Shown here piece after piece: positions 9,447 through 17,251 of a stretch of DNA of 64,000 bases. Origin of the DNA: Candidatus Liptonbacteria bacterium (lineage in GTDB: Bacteria; Patescibacteriota; Minisyncoccia; UBA6257; JACOXY01). The notes beneath the pieces were generated by a model. The model worked only from the letters and a program-made list of their open reading frames with translations, had not been told where the DNA came from and did not search any database. Location of the stretch: positions 334 to 64,333 of the forward strand of contig JACOXY010000010.1 of the NCBI GenBank assembly GCA_016182095.1, given 5' to 3'. Numbering within the stretch: position 1 is the stretch's first letter; the number at the start of each line of letters is the position of its first letter. The position numbers and the translations under genes were made by a program.

Positions 9447-10793
9447 ATGCCTTTTACTCTAACTCGCAACCGCATCATCATCATATTTTTAGTACTTGCT
9501 TTAATTGCCGGGGTTTTTATTGCGGTGCTTCTGGGCAAAAGAATTTTTGTGGGTAAAGCTACTGTGTCTTTAACGGTTTGGGGGGTTTTTGATGACAATA
9601 AGGCGATGGAAAAGGCGATCGCGCTTTACAAAAGCGAAAATCGCAACTTAAGCATCCAGTATGTAAACAAAGCATACGCGCTTGACGACGCCGAAAGTTA
9701 TGAAAAAGAACTTTTGGATGCCCTGGCATCCGGTAAAGGACCGGACATTTTTATGTTTCACAACACTTGGCTTCCAAAACATATTGAAAAAATTGCTCCG
9801 CTTAACGAAGAATTGCAAACCGCGCTCAATTTCCCGTTTGTTAATTATCGTGATGCCTTTCCCAAAGTAATTGAGCAGGATTTCGTGCGCGGCACCACAA
9901 TTTACGCAAGCCCCCTGTATCTGGATACTCTGGCTCTTTTTTACAACAAAGATTTTTTTGATAAAAGGGGCGTGGCGCTTTTGCCCGCCACCTGGGGCGA
10001 ATTTGAAAGCTTGGTTAATAAGATAAAAGAGGTGGATGCTGGCACAAATAACATCACAAAAGCCGGCGCGGCCATAGGCGGCTCGGAAAAAAGCATTAAC
10101 AGAGCCACTGATCTTTTGAGTCTCATGATGCTACAGCGAGGCGTAAAATTCACCGATAGCTCCTTCGGCAGGGCCACATTTGCGAGCATTGGCGGCGAAT
10201 CCGGGTCTAGACCGGGATTGGAAGCGCTTAAATTTTATACCCAGTTTGCAAATCCAAACTCACCTCTTTATACCTGGAATGAGCGCCTGCATTATTCCAT
10301 TGATAGTTTCGCATCAGGAGATACCGCCGCTATCTTCAACTACGCCCACCAAATCCCGGTTATTAAATCCAAAAATCCATTCCTTAATTTTGGCGTCTCG
10401 TCTATGCCACAATTAGCCGGCGCCCCAAATCCCGTAAACTATGCCAACTATTGGGGCCTCGCGGTTTCTAACCAAAGCAAAAATATTCCTTGGGCGTGGC
10501 AATTCATCTTGTCCGCCACTACTAAAGAAAAAATCGCGGGAAGTTATGCCGAAAAGGCGGGAAAGCCGCCGGCGCTACGCACACTAATAGACAAGAGCCG
10601 CAACGATCCCGAGCTTGGAGTTTTCGTGAAGCAAGCGCTAACGGCCAGTTCCTGGCCGCAGATAGACAATGTCCTCGTGGAAACCGCCTTTTCCGACATG
10701 ATAGACGCCGTGGTGCGCGGCCAGCTTACACCCGAAGTGGCGCTAAACAAGGCGGCCGACGAAATATCGGCAGTAATGAGAAAAAAACAGTAA
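9447..10793 (+). CDS. Membrane-anchored extracellular solute-binding protein (SBP family 1 / MalE-like). No adjacent permease or ATPase genes.
   Basis: N-terminal TM, then a sequence typical of ABC-type sugar-binding proteins (GPDIFMFHNTW, WGLAVS). Confidence 0.55.
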   Translation: MPFTLTRNRIIIIFLVLALIAGVFIAVLLGKRIFVGKATVSLTVWGVFDDNKAMEKAIALYKSENRNLSIQYVNKAYALDDAESYEKELLDALASGKGPDIFMFHNTWLPKHIEKIAPLNEELQTALNFPFVNYRDAFPKVIEQDFVRGTTIYASPLYLDTLALFYNKDFFDKRGVALLPATWGEFESLVNKIKEVDAGTNNITKAGAAIGGSEKSINRATDLLSLMMLQRGVKFTDSSFGRATFASIGGESGSRPGLEALKFYTQFANPNSPLYTWNERLHYSIDSFASGDTAAIFNYAHQIPVIKSKNPFLNFGVSSMPQLAGAPNPVNYANYWGLAVSNQSKNIPWAWQFILSATTKEKIAGSYAEKAGKPPALRTLIDKSRNDPELGVFVKQALTASSWPQIDNVLVETAFSDMIDAVVRGQLTPEVALNKAADEISAVMRKKQ

Positions 10794-10805
10794 ACTATTA
10801 TTCTG

Positions 10806-11699
10806 ATGAAAAAAACTTATCGCTTTAAATTAGCTCTTATTCTATTGGTTTTGGCAGTCATCCCAATTCTCGCAAACGCCCAATCCATCATAAATCCCGA
10901 CGAGTGTTCAGGAATTTTTGATTTCATCCCGGCCGATAAAGCCAGATACTGCACTCTGTGCGACGGACTGCAAGCGGTAAAAAATGGATTGCTACTGCTT
11001 TTGAAAATTGGTGTGGGGCTCGCCGTGATAATCATTGCTTACGGCGGAGTGCTTATTATGGTTTCGGGCGCAAGTCCCGGCAAATTTGAGCAAGGCAAAA
11101 AAGCGATTATTGGTTCCGTGGTTGGGGTCGCGATCGGCGCTATGGCATGGATCATCATCAATCAAATTTTCTTCATCTTTGTAACGCAAAGCGTAACTCT
11201 GCGTCCCTGGAACGATATCCCCTGTCCCCAAGAACCGCCGAGATTTGGAGCATCATTGGGAGGCACTGGCGGCCCTGGGGGCACTGGCGGCACAGGTGGA
11301 ACAGGCGGTACGGGCGGCACAGGAGTATCTGTAACTGACAACGCCAGAGTAAAAGCTCTATTAGACCCCAGTATTCGATATAACAATAATTCATGCCCAC
11401 CAACCTGTGTGGGGGGATTGCCACAAACCACCATAGATAAGTTAAACACGCTACAGGCGCAGTGCGGGTGCGTTGAAATTACCGGCGGCACAGAACCAGG
11501 CCACGCCTCTCATGGACCAGGCCTTGCTGTCGTTGATATTCGTTACAATCAAAGGGCAATTGATGGTTTGCGAAACATGGGCTACTCCGAAAGCAACTTT
11601 GGAACTGGCTACACCTGTGAACCGGCAGGAGGGAATACTGGCGGAACAAGGGTTCTGTGCAACAGCGGGCGCGCGGATAAAATGCATGTGGAGTTCTAG
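10806..11699 (+). CDS. VirB2/TrbC-like pilin paralog 1: signal peptide, hydrophobic helix pair, GGT-rich linker (GGTGGPGGTGGTGG...) and Cys-rich C-terminal domain.
   Basis: Signal peptide plus LLLLLKIGVGLAVIIIAYGGVLIMVSGASPGKFEQGKKAIIGSVVGVAIGAMAWIIINQIFFIF two-helix hairpin, typical of conjugative-pilin-type subunits. Confidence 0.45.
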   Translation: MKKTYRFKLALILLVLAVIPILANAQSIINPDECSGIFDFIPADKARYCTLCDGLQAVKNGLLLLLKIGVGLAVIIIAYGGVLIMVSGASPGKFEQGKKAIIGSVVGVAIGAMAWIIINQIFFIFVTQSVTLRPWNDIPCPQEPPRFGASLGGTGGPGGTGGTGGTGGTGGTGVSVTDNARVKALLDPSIRYNNNSCPPTCVGGLPQTTIDKLNTLQAQCGCVEITGGTEPGHASHGPGLAVVDIRYNQRAIDGLRNMGYSESNFGTGYTCEPAGGNTGGTRVLCNSGRADKMHVEF

Positions 11700-11975
11700 A
11701 ACCCATCTCAAAAGTATATTCAAGCCGCGTTCTTAGCAATTTTTCAGGTATCCGCAAGGCACGACGAGGAAGGTGTAGCCTATGCGCTACTCCGACGAGG
11801 AGTAACGAAGCGGAACCTGAAAAATTGCAAGAACCCATTCGGGATACGGCCAATTTCTGTCTGATACTTTGTCGCTTCGGGCTTAATGTATCTAAAGATA
11901 CACCTTCGCCCTTGCTCCTCGTACAGACAGAAATTGGCCTGTATCGCGGCCGAAGATACTTTTGAGATGGGTTCT
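11698..11975. mobile_element. 278-bp non-coding element with 20-bp perfect terminal inverted repeats (AGAACCCATCTCAAAAGTAT) and two nested internal inverted repeats. MITE-like or structured RNA, lying between pilin genes 1 and 2.
   Basis: Terminal inverted repeats at 11698-11717 and 11956-11975. Inner inverted repeats ggatacggccaatttctgtctg / cagacagaaattggcctgtatc and cgacgaggaaggtgta / tacaccttcgcccttgctcctcg. Confidence 0.55.
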
Positions 11976-11994
11976 AATTTGATACAATATAAAA

Positions 11995-12513
11995 GTGATA
12001 AGTAATATAAATTTTAAAAACTTTCTTCTTTTGGCCGTTTTTTCTTCTTGGTTATTTTACGCGTTGTTTTTCAGCGCCGCACTGCAGGTGTTCGCCGCCT
12101 GCACCACCAATGCTGACGGAACTATAAGCTGTGACACACCAGGCGAGGTCCCGTCTGGCGCGACAAATTGCACATCAAATGCCACGGGGGGCGTCACCTG
12201 TGGCACTGCGGGGAGCACAGGGAATAATTCGGGTAGTCAAGGACAGGGCACAAGCAGGGTTACGATTGACCCCCCATTCTCGGGAACTCTCTTGCAGGTT
12301 TTGGAGCGCATTGCCAACTTTCTTATCTTAATCGGCGCGCCCATCGCCACCATCATGATTCTTTATGGTGCGTTTCAAATTTTGACAGCCGGCGCCAAAT
12401 CTGAACAGTTCACTAAAGGCAAAAATACTATTATTTACGCGGCGGTCGGCTACGGCATCATAATAATCGCCAGAGGAATCACGTCCATTGTGGTAGATCT
12501 GATTACGGGATGA
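11995..12513 (+). CDS. VirB2/TrbC-like pilin paralog 2 with Cys/Thr/Gly-rich N-terminal extracellular segment.
   Basis: Signal peptide, Cys-rich region, then helix pair LLQVLERIANFLILIGAPIATIMILYGAFQILTAGAKSEQFTKGKNTIIYAAVGYGIIIIARGI. Confidence 0.45.
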   Translation: MISNINFKNFLLLAVFSSWLFYALFFSAALQVFAACTTNADGTISCDTPGEVPSGATNCTSNATGGVTCGTAGSTGNNSGSQGQGTSRVTIDPPFSGTLLQVLERIANFLILIGAPIATIMILYGAFQILTAGAKSEQFTKGKNTIIYAAVGYGIIIIARGITSIVVDLITG

Positions 12514-12575
12514 TTGCTGCTGCAAGTATCATGTATCAGGTATCAAGTGAGTGAAATTAATTTTAATTTACTCAT

Positions 12576-12604
12576 TGTACATGACACATGACACATGACA
12601 CATG
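12576..12604 (+). repeat. Tandem heptanucleotide repeat (CATGACA)x4 overlapping the start codon of pilin paralog 3.
   Basis: catgacacatgacacatgacacatgaca read directly. Every unit carries an ATG and the 7-nt unit shifts frame, so copy-number change would move the start codon (candidate slipped-strand phase switch). Confidence 0.6.
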
Positions 12605-12928
12605 ACACAATTCAAATATCTCGCTCAATCCGCCGTTTCTCCTACCAATGACTTATCGGGAATCCCAATCGTGAACCTTGACTCCGATGATGTGTACAGA
12701 ATTTTGATAGATTTCGCGAATTGGATGTTTATCGTTTTTGTGCTCGTGTTTGTAGTGCTGGTTCTTTTCGCCGCTTTTAGATTCCTTACCGCTTCCGGAA
12801 ATGAAAGTAAAATTAAAGATGCTTATAAGGCATTTTGGTTTGCCATAGTGGCGCTAGTTATAGCTCTACTTGCGACAGGAATAGTAGCGTTAGTAAACCA
12901 GCTTATTTATGGGAGTAGGGGGGGGTAG
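12602..12928 (+). CDS. VirB2/TrbC-like pilin paralog 3 (108 aa). The gene ends in a G8 homopolymer.
   Basis: Helix pair MFIVFVLVFVVLVLFAAFRFLTASGNESKIKDAYKAFWFAIVALVIALLATGIVALV. The 3' end (tat ggg agt agg ggg ggg tag) contains the poly-G run at about 12918-12925. Confidence 0.45.
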   Translation: MTQFKYLAQSAVSPTNDLSGIPIVNLDSDDVYRILIDFANWMFIVFVLVFVVLVLFAAFRFLTASGNESKIKDAYKAFWFAIVALVIALLATGIVALVNQLIYGSRGG

Positions 12929-13155
12929 GCCAACCAGAATTAAGGTGGGCCTGCTATGACCCAGAAACAGGAAAGGCTATTGGCGGCGCGATTGGAGAAG
13001 CGGGATTGGATAACTGCAACGCCAATTGCCCAAGAGACTGCGCTTTATGTGAACCAGACGGAGGAGTCGATTGTGAAAATTAGAATTTGCTTAATATGTT
13101 ATAATATAGATAACATTAAACATGAAAGGTCGGATTTAATAATGAAATGTAAAAT

Positions 13156-13518
13156 ATGAAGAGTCTTAAAGCAAATATCGTGACGGGCCTTGCTGCTGGT
13201 TTAGCGGCGTTCCCGGCGCTTGCGGGCGCGCAGGTAGATAGTTTCGGCGCCATAGTCAATGTAATTCAAAGAGCGATTTCCTGGATATTCGCGCTATTTA
13301 TACTTTTGGCGGTTGTTTTCGTTCTTTACGCCGCTTTTAAGTATTTGACTTCAAGAGGCGATTCAGGAAAGGTTGGCGAAGCAAGCCAGGCGCTAATTTA
13401 CGCGGCAGTTGCAATCGGCGTGGCGCTCATTGCGGCGTCCATCCAATTCATAGTCGCGGAGCTCTTGGGATTAAATTCCGTAGAATTAGTAATTCCTGAC
13501 CCGTTTTTTATCCAATAA
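13156..13518 (+). CDS. VirB2/TrbC-like pilin paralog 4 (120 aa).
   Basis: Signal peptide (AFPALAGAQ), then ISWIFALFILLAVVFVLYAAFKYLTSRGDSGKVGEASQALIYAAVAIGVALIAASIQFIV. Confidence 0.45.
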   Translation: MKSLKANIVTGLAAGLAAFPALAGAQVDSFGAIVNVIQRAISWIFALFILLAVVFVLYAAFKYLTSRGDSGKVGEASQALIYAAVAIGVALIAASIQFIVAELLGLNSVELVIPDPFFIQ

Positions 13519-13545
13519 AAAACGCCCTGCGTCCCTAGGGCGAAG

Positions 13546-13590
13546 GCGTTACCGAGCGCATAACACATGTTATGTGCTCGGTTTTGTTTT
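13546..13590. terminator. Bidirectional intrinsic terminator (14-bp stem CCGAGCGCATAACA/TGTTATGTGCTCGG, loop CATG, T-tract) between convergent genes.
   Basis: Hairpin plus ttttgtttttat read in the sequence. Confidence 0.55.
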
Positions 13591-13598
13591 TATCGGTA

Positions 13599-14132
13599 TC
13601 AATATATCATCCGAAGATCCAGGGATCCCTCTCCCCAAACTTCCCAAGTCCCGACAATTAAGTCCAGCTTGTCTCCAGTTCCGAAAAACTTTGTGTAAAC
13701 TCCATTATATCGGACGCAAAGATATCTTGTATAGAACCAATTAATATCCCCGCCGGAAATCTTGATTCTTACGGGCTTTACCCCGGCTAAATTGGATGCA
13801 GAGCAAGCGCGCTCACCCATAGGCCCAATTTCTAACTTCACATTATCTCCGGTTGCCACATTGGCGATAAGACATCCAGTTTCAGAAAGATCGTGCACAA
13901 CATCCGATCCGGAAACGCTTGGACATGGCACTACCACTTTGATTACAGATTTTTCGGCATCCGTTCCAGAATTTTGCCTTCCATTACCGCATCCCTTTGC
14001 GATCAGAAGTAAGGAAACTCCGAGGAAAAGAAGTGATTTCCAGGCAAACCCAAGCCATGGAGCTAACTTCAGCCAAATTGCTCCCGGAGTTATTGGCTGT
14101 GTCCCCGAGCCGCTTCTACTTACGTCAGCCAT
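13599..14132 (-). CDS. Secreted/membrane-anchored hypothetical protein.
   Basis: ORF with N-terminal hydrophobic segment (LLFLGVSLLLIAKGC). No recognisable domain. Confidence 0.3.
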   Translation of the reverse strand: MADVSRSGSGTQPITPGAIWLKLAPWLGFAWKSLLFLGVSLLLIAKGCGNGRQNSGTDAEKSVIKVVVPCPSVSGSDVVHDLSETGCLIANVATGDNVKLEIGPMGERACSASNLAGVKPVRIKISGGDINWFYTRYLCVRYNGVYTKFFGTGDKLDLIVGTWEVWGEGSLDLRMIY

Positions 14133-15297
14133 TTTTTTTCACTCCTTCCTGTGTCTGCGGATTGCCTTTTATAGCCCTTGCTATCCCCTCAATTATTATC
14201 GGGATTGCATTCAGAAGGCCCTCCGAAGCAGAATATTCAGTGGCGTTGATAATTTTGGTAATTTTGCCTCTTTCTATATGGAGAATGTTCGCGGCAGTTT
14301 CTTTTTTAACTTCCAAATCCATGGCTGTTTCTTTTATTGCTCCTCTTGCAAATTTCATTTCTATTGCATCGGCTTCTTTTTCCTCTTGCTCAATCGCCTT
14401 TTTCTGAATGGCCTTTACCATTTCTGGGTCTGTCGGCATTACTTCACCGATATTTAGCCGGCAGAGAATAACTCCCAATCCGCGTTTCTTGTGCTCGCCG
14501 CGCCCATCTCTGGTTTCTTGAATGGCCTTACGGCGCTCCTCTATCTGCTGCTTCAGAGAAGCGAATTCTTCGTCTGTTAGCTTGTCAATAATCTTATCAA
14601 GCTTTTCCCACTCCGATGCTTCTTTGTTGTTGGGGTCTTCCCTGCCCCAGGCTTTAGCCTCGCATTCACTTGGCGACTTACGCGGCACGTTGGAGTACTT
14701 TAAGAGAACAGAGGTTGGCACAGGAAATGGCTCCCCAGAAGTTCCCAGACAAACCTGGGAAACGTCTTCCCTGTCTACAATCGCCCTAAAAAGCACCCAG
14801 GACATTTCTTCCTGAATACCCTGTGCCTCTCTATACTTGTGCGGACCCTTTTCTTTGGAACTCAAGAACTCCCTGCCGCGCTCCGTAATTATTTCATGAA
14901 TCTGGCCCTTAACTCCCGCTTCGCAGCCGCTTTCAATAAAACGTCTAATGGCTTCAGGATCTTTTTTATCCAAAAGGAGTGTCCACCCAAGCGATTGCTT
15001 CACCGGTGTTCCATCGGGCAGAATTACCTCTATTTCATTTTTATCGCCAAACTTGCCCGCGGGGATAGGAATAAATCCCCACAATAGCGGAAAGCCCAAA
15101 AAAAAGTGCATCCCGGGCTCAATCGGCTCTTTGTCATACTGCGGCCTACCCAAAAAAGTGGGCACGCCTATATATGGCGGACTTTTTTCGGAACCCGCAG
15201 GTATCTCTTGCCATCCTTGTAAAATGATGTAGGCAACTCCTTGAACCAAAAGCGCGATAATTCCCAATGATATTAAGAACCACGCCATGGATAACAT
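14125..15297 (-). CDS. Membrane-anchored protein with a possible SPFH/band-7-like domain followed by a long charged coiled-coil.
   Basis: N-terminal TM, PGMHFFLGFPLLWGFIPIP block reminiscent of SPFH, and a Lys/Glu-rich helical tail. Assignment is weak. Confidence 0.3.
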   Translation of the reverse strand: MLSMAWFLISLGIIALLVQGVAYIILQGWQEIPAGSEKSPPYIGVPTFLGRPQYDKEPIEPGMHFFLGFPLLWGFIPIPAGKFGDKNEIEVILPDGTPVKQSLGWTLLLDKKDPEAIRRFIESGCEAGVKGQIHEIITERGREFLSSKEKGPHKYREAQGIQEEMSWVLFRAIVDREDVSQVCLGTSGEPFPVPTSVLLKYSNVPRKSPSECEAKAWGREDPNNKEASEWEKLDKIIDKLTDEEFASLKQQIEERRKAIQETRDGRGEHKKRGLGVILCRLNIGEVMPTDPEMVKAIQKKAIEQEEKEADAIEMKFARGAIKETAMDLEVKKETAANILHIERGKITKIINATEYSASEGLLNAIPIIIEGIARAIKGNPQTQEGVKKNG

Positions 15298-15493
15298 TTT
15301 CCACCTGCCTTTCTTTCCGGCTGTATGTACTTGTCAGTTTCTGCGAGAATTCTACAATATAAATAAAGATTTGTCAAAAGCATTTTGGCTTGATATACTG
15401 GTCGTGGGTTTTGGCGCTCGGGTGGCGAAACCCCGTAAAAAATTGCTGCGCAATTTAACGGGGCAAGCCGGCAAGGCATATCTTGTGCAAAGC

Positions 15494-15577
15494 GCTGGGG
15501 TGGCGAAATGGCAGACGCACCAGCTTTAGGAGCTGGCGCCGCAAGGCGTGGAGGTTCAAATCCTCTCCCCAGCACCA
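15494..15577 (+). tRNA. tRNA-Leu (anticodon TAG). Class II tRNA with long variable arm and encoded CCA.
   Basis: Folded by hand: acceptor GCTGGGG/CCCCAGC, D-arm GCG..GG..CGC, anticodon stem CCAGC/GCTGG with loop TTTAGGA, variable arm CGCCGCAAGGCGT, T-arm GGAGG TTCAAAT CCTCT, discriminator A + CCA. Confidence 0.85.
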
Positions 15578-15796
15578 TTGAGGAAATTACAAGTTTTGAA
15601 GGTTCGCCTCGCTTCCTAGAGCGTCCGTGCGGACGCACGGAGTAGCTCGCTCGGCGACTAATTCGTATTGGATTTTCGGGGCAAAAACGAATTGGCGATT
15701 TTGAAAGAAGAAAAGAAAAATTTTTAATCATTGAATTCATAACTTTTAAGGTTTTAAGATAAGAAACGGCAGAGATGCTGATTTTTGGTTTTGAGC

Positions 15797-15825
15797 TTGA
15801 CATATGAGACCTATTATACTATGAT
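15797..15825 (+). promoter_or_regulatory. Near-consensus sigma70-type promoter (TTGACA - 17 nt - TATGAT) driving the GC-rich membrane-protein gene.
   Basis: Hexamers read directly. A strong AAGGAGG RBS lies 8 nt before the ATG at 15890. Confidence 0.45.
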
Positions 15826-15833
15826 TAAGCGAA

Positions 15834-15854
15834 ATCCAAGCATGATGCTTGGAT
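15834..15854 (+). promoter_or_regulatory. 21-bp palindrome ATCCAAGCA-TGA-TGCTTGGAT in the 5' UTR between the promoter and the RBS (operator or attenuator candidate).
   Basis: Perfect 9-bp arms read directly. Confidence 0.45.
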
Positions 15855-15889
15855 GAAATCAAGCAATTCCTTGAAAGGAGGATAGCGCA

Positions 15890-16519
15890 ATGCAAATGCT
15901 TCTGCTTTTCGGATTGCTGTTATTGAACTTCGGCATCAGTTGGTTCAACGCCTACTCGGTGGGCCGCTCGTGGGCGGACTCCAAGGCGATCGGTGGTTGG
16001 CCTCGCTTCATCACGTGGTGCGCGGCGATCATGTCGGCTGCTGGGTTCACCTGGTGTTATCTCATCGTGCTGGCGATGATCGCCGGAGCGACAGGCTTGC
16101 TCGCGCCCCAATACGTGCAGGCAGCTCTCGAAGTCAGCTACGTGATCATCATCTTGCCAGTTCTCGGTTCCGGCTTCGGAATCTGGATCGACTCCTTTAC
16201 CACTGCATGGCGGCGGCGCGACGCAGTGAGCATCGGAATCGCTGGCTGGAACACGTTCGCTCAAGTGCACAACACATACGAGGCCGTCAGCGCACTTCCC
16301 GATATATTCAAACATCTCGGCGATATCTTCGAGGGTGGCGGCAACGACGACGCGAAGGGTAAGGCTCTGCTTCTCGTGCTTCTGCTCGTGCTTCTCGCGC
16401 TGTGCGGCGGAGTGTTCACCACTGTCGCCATCGTGCGAACGACCGCTCGCAAGTACGCCCACGGCGTGCTCGGCAAGATGGGATCGGCTCGCGGCCGTCT
16501 GGCACGGGAGCGGGCGTAA
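15890..16519 (+). CDS. GC-rich (~60%) multi-pass membrane protein of unknown function on a compositional island downstream of tRNA-Leu.
   Basis: Strong RBS. 4-5 predicted TM helices. GC content far above flanking DNA. Followed by a textbook intrinsic terminator. Confidence 0.55.
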   Translation: MQMLLLFGLLLLNFGISWFNAYSVGRSWADSKAIGGWPRFITWCAAIMSAAGFTWCYLIVLAMIAGATGLLAPQYVQAALEVSYVIIILPVLGSGFGIWIDSFTTAWRRRDAVSIGIAGWNTFAQVHNTYEAVSALPDIFKHLGDIFEGGGNDDAKGKALLLVLLLVLLALCGGVFTTVAIVRTTARKYAHGVLGKMGSARGRLARERA

Positions 16520-16570
16520 CCTCCAAGTCGGGAGATGACCCCACGCGCAAAAGAAGTTTATCTCGTACTC

Positions 16571-16616
16571 GAGCCCCTTGCGAAACACGTTTTCGCTCGG
16601 GGCTCTTCTTTTTTCT
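16571..16616 (+). terminator. Intrinsic terminator: nested hairpin GAGCCCC..GCGAAA CACG TTTTCGC..GGGGCTC plus TTCTTTTTT.
   Basis: Read directly in the sequence. Confidence 0.6.
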
Positions 16617-16894
16617 AAAATCTCAATCATTGTAATTTTCATAAAAATTCTATATTATTTATGTATTCGTCTTGCGAATTCTGAATTGGTTGCCGCCAAA
16701 GAAAAATTGGAAATTGTTATCGGTGCGGCTTCGCCGCAAGTTCTGAATTTTTTTGCGGAGGGATTTCCTCGCCGCCGCAGGCGGCGAAATGCATTCGAAC
16801 TAATTCAAGAATACTGCACTTTGTGCGAGATGTTCTATTGTGGGGCGCTAGCGCCAACGCAAACATATTTGCTTGAGCCACAATCTAGACACAA

Positions 16895-17230
16895 ATGGAA
16901 AAACTTAAGAACAATACAGAACAAAAAGATGGCAAAGACATTACCGCTCTTTTATTGGAAAGCAATATTTCTCTAAACAAAATAATTCGCAACATGGAAA
17001 GCGTGGGCGAACTCCGAAGAGACACTCTTTTCAGCGTCAATGCAGACCTTACGGGAATTTCTGATGTAGTGAAAATGAGACACATCACCACTGGCCTCAA
17101 ATCTGCCCTCGAGAAATATGGTGAATATTTTGCGGATGTTCAAATCATTATTAGGCGTAGCCAGATGAACGATGCCGCAGTCGCCAACGCAGTCTATTCT
17201 TTTGCATCCAAGTATAAGATTATTGATTAG
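16895..17230 (+). CDS. Hypothetical protein (111 aa).
   Basis: ORF only. Confidence 0.25.
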   Translation: MEKLKNNTEQKDGKDITALLLESNISLNKIIRNMESVGELRRDTLFSVNADLTGISDVVKMRHITTGLKSALEKYGEYFADVQIIIRRSQMNDAAVANAVYSFASKYKIID

Positions 17231-17251
17231 AGCGCCTCAAAATAATTGGCG

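Noticed and set aside
12576-12604. Possibility that the CATGACA repeats are a CRISPR array
   Set aside because: Units are 7 nt, contiguous, with no spacers and no cas genes. It is a simple tandem repeat.
12956-13159. 67-aa ORF between pilin paralogs 3 and 4
   Set aside because: No RBS, no hydrophobic or pilin-like features, ends in an AT-rich promoter-like stretch. Probably non-coding spacer.
15273-15803. 176-aa minus-strand ORF
   Set aside because: It spans and would be antisense to tRNA-Leu, so it is spurious.
15920-16642. 240-aa minus-strand ORF antisense to the GC-rich membrane-protein gene
   Set aside because: Same high-GC artefact. The plus-strand gene has promoter, RBS, TM helices and terminator.
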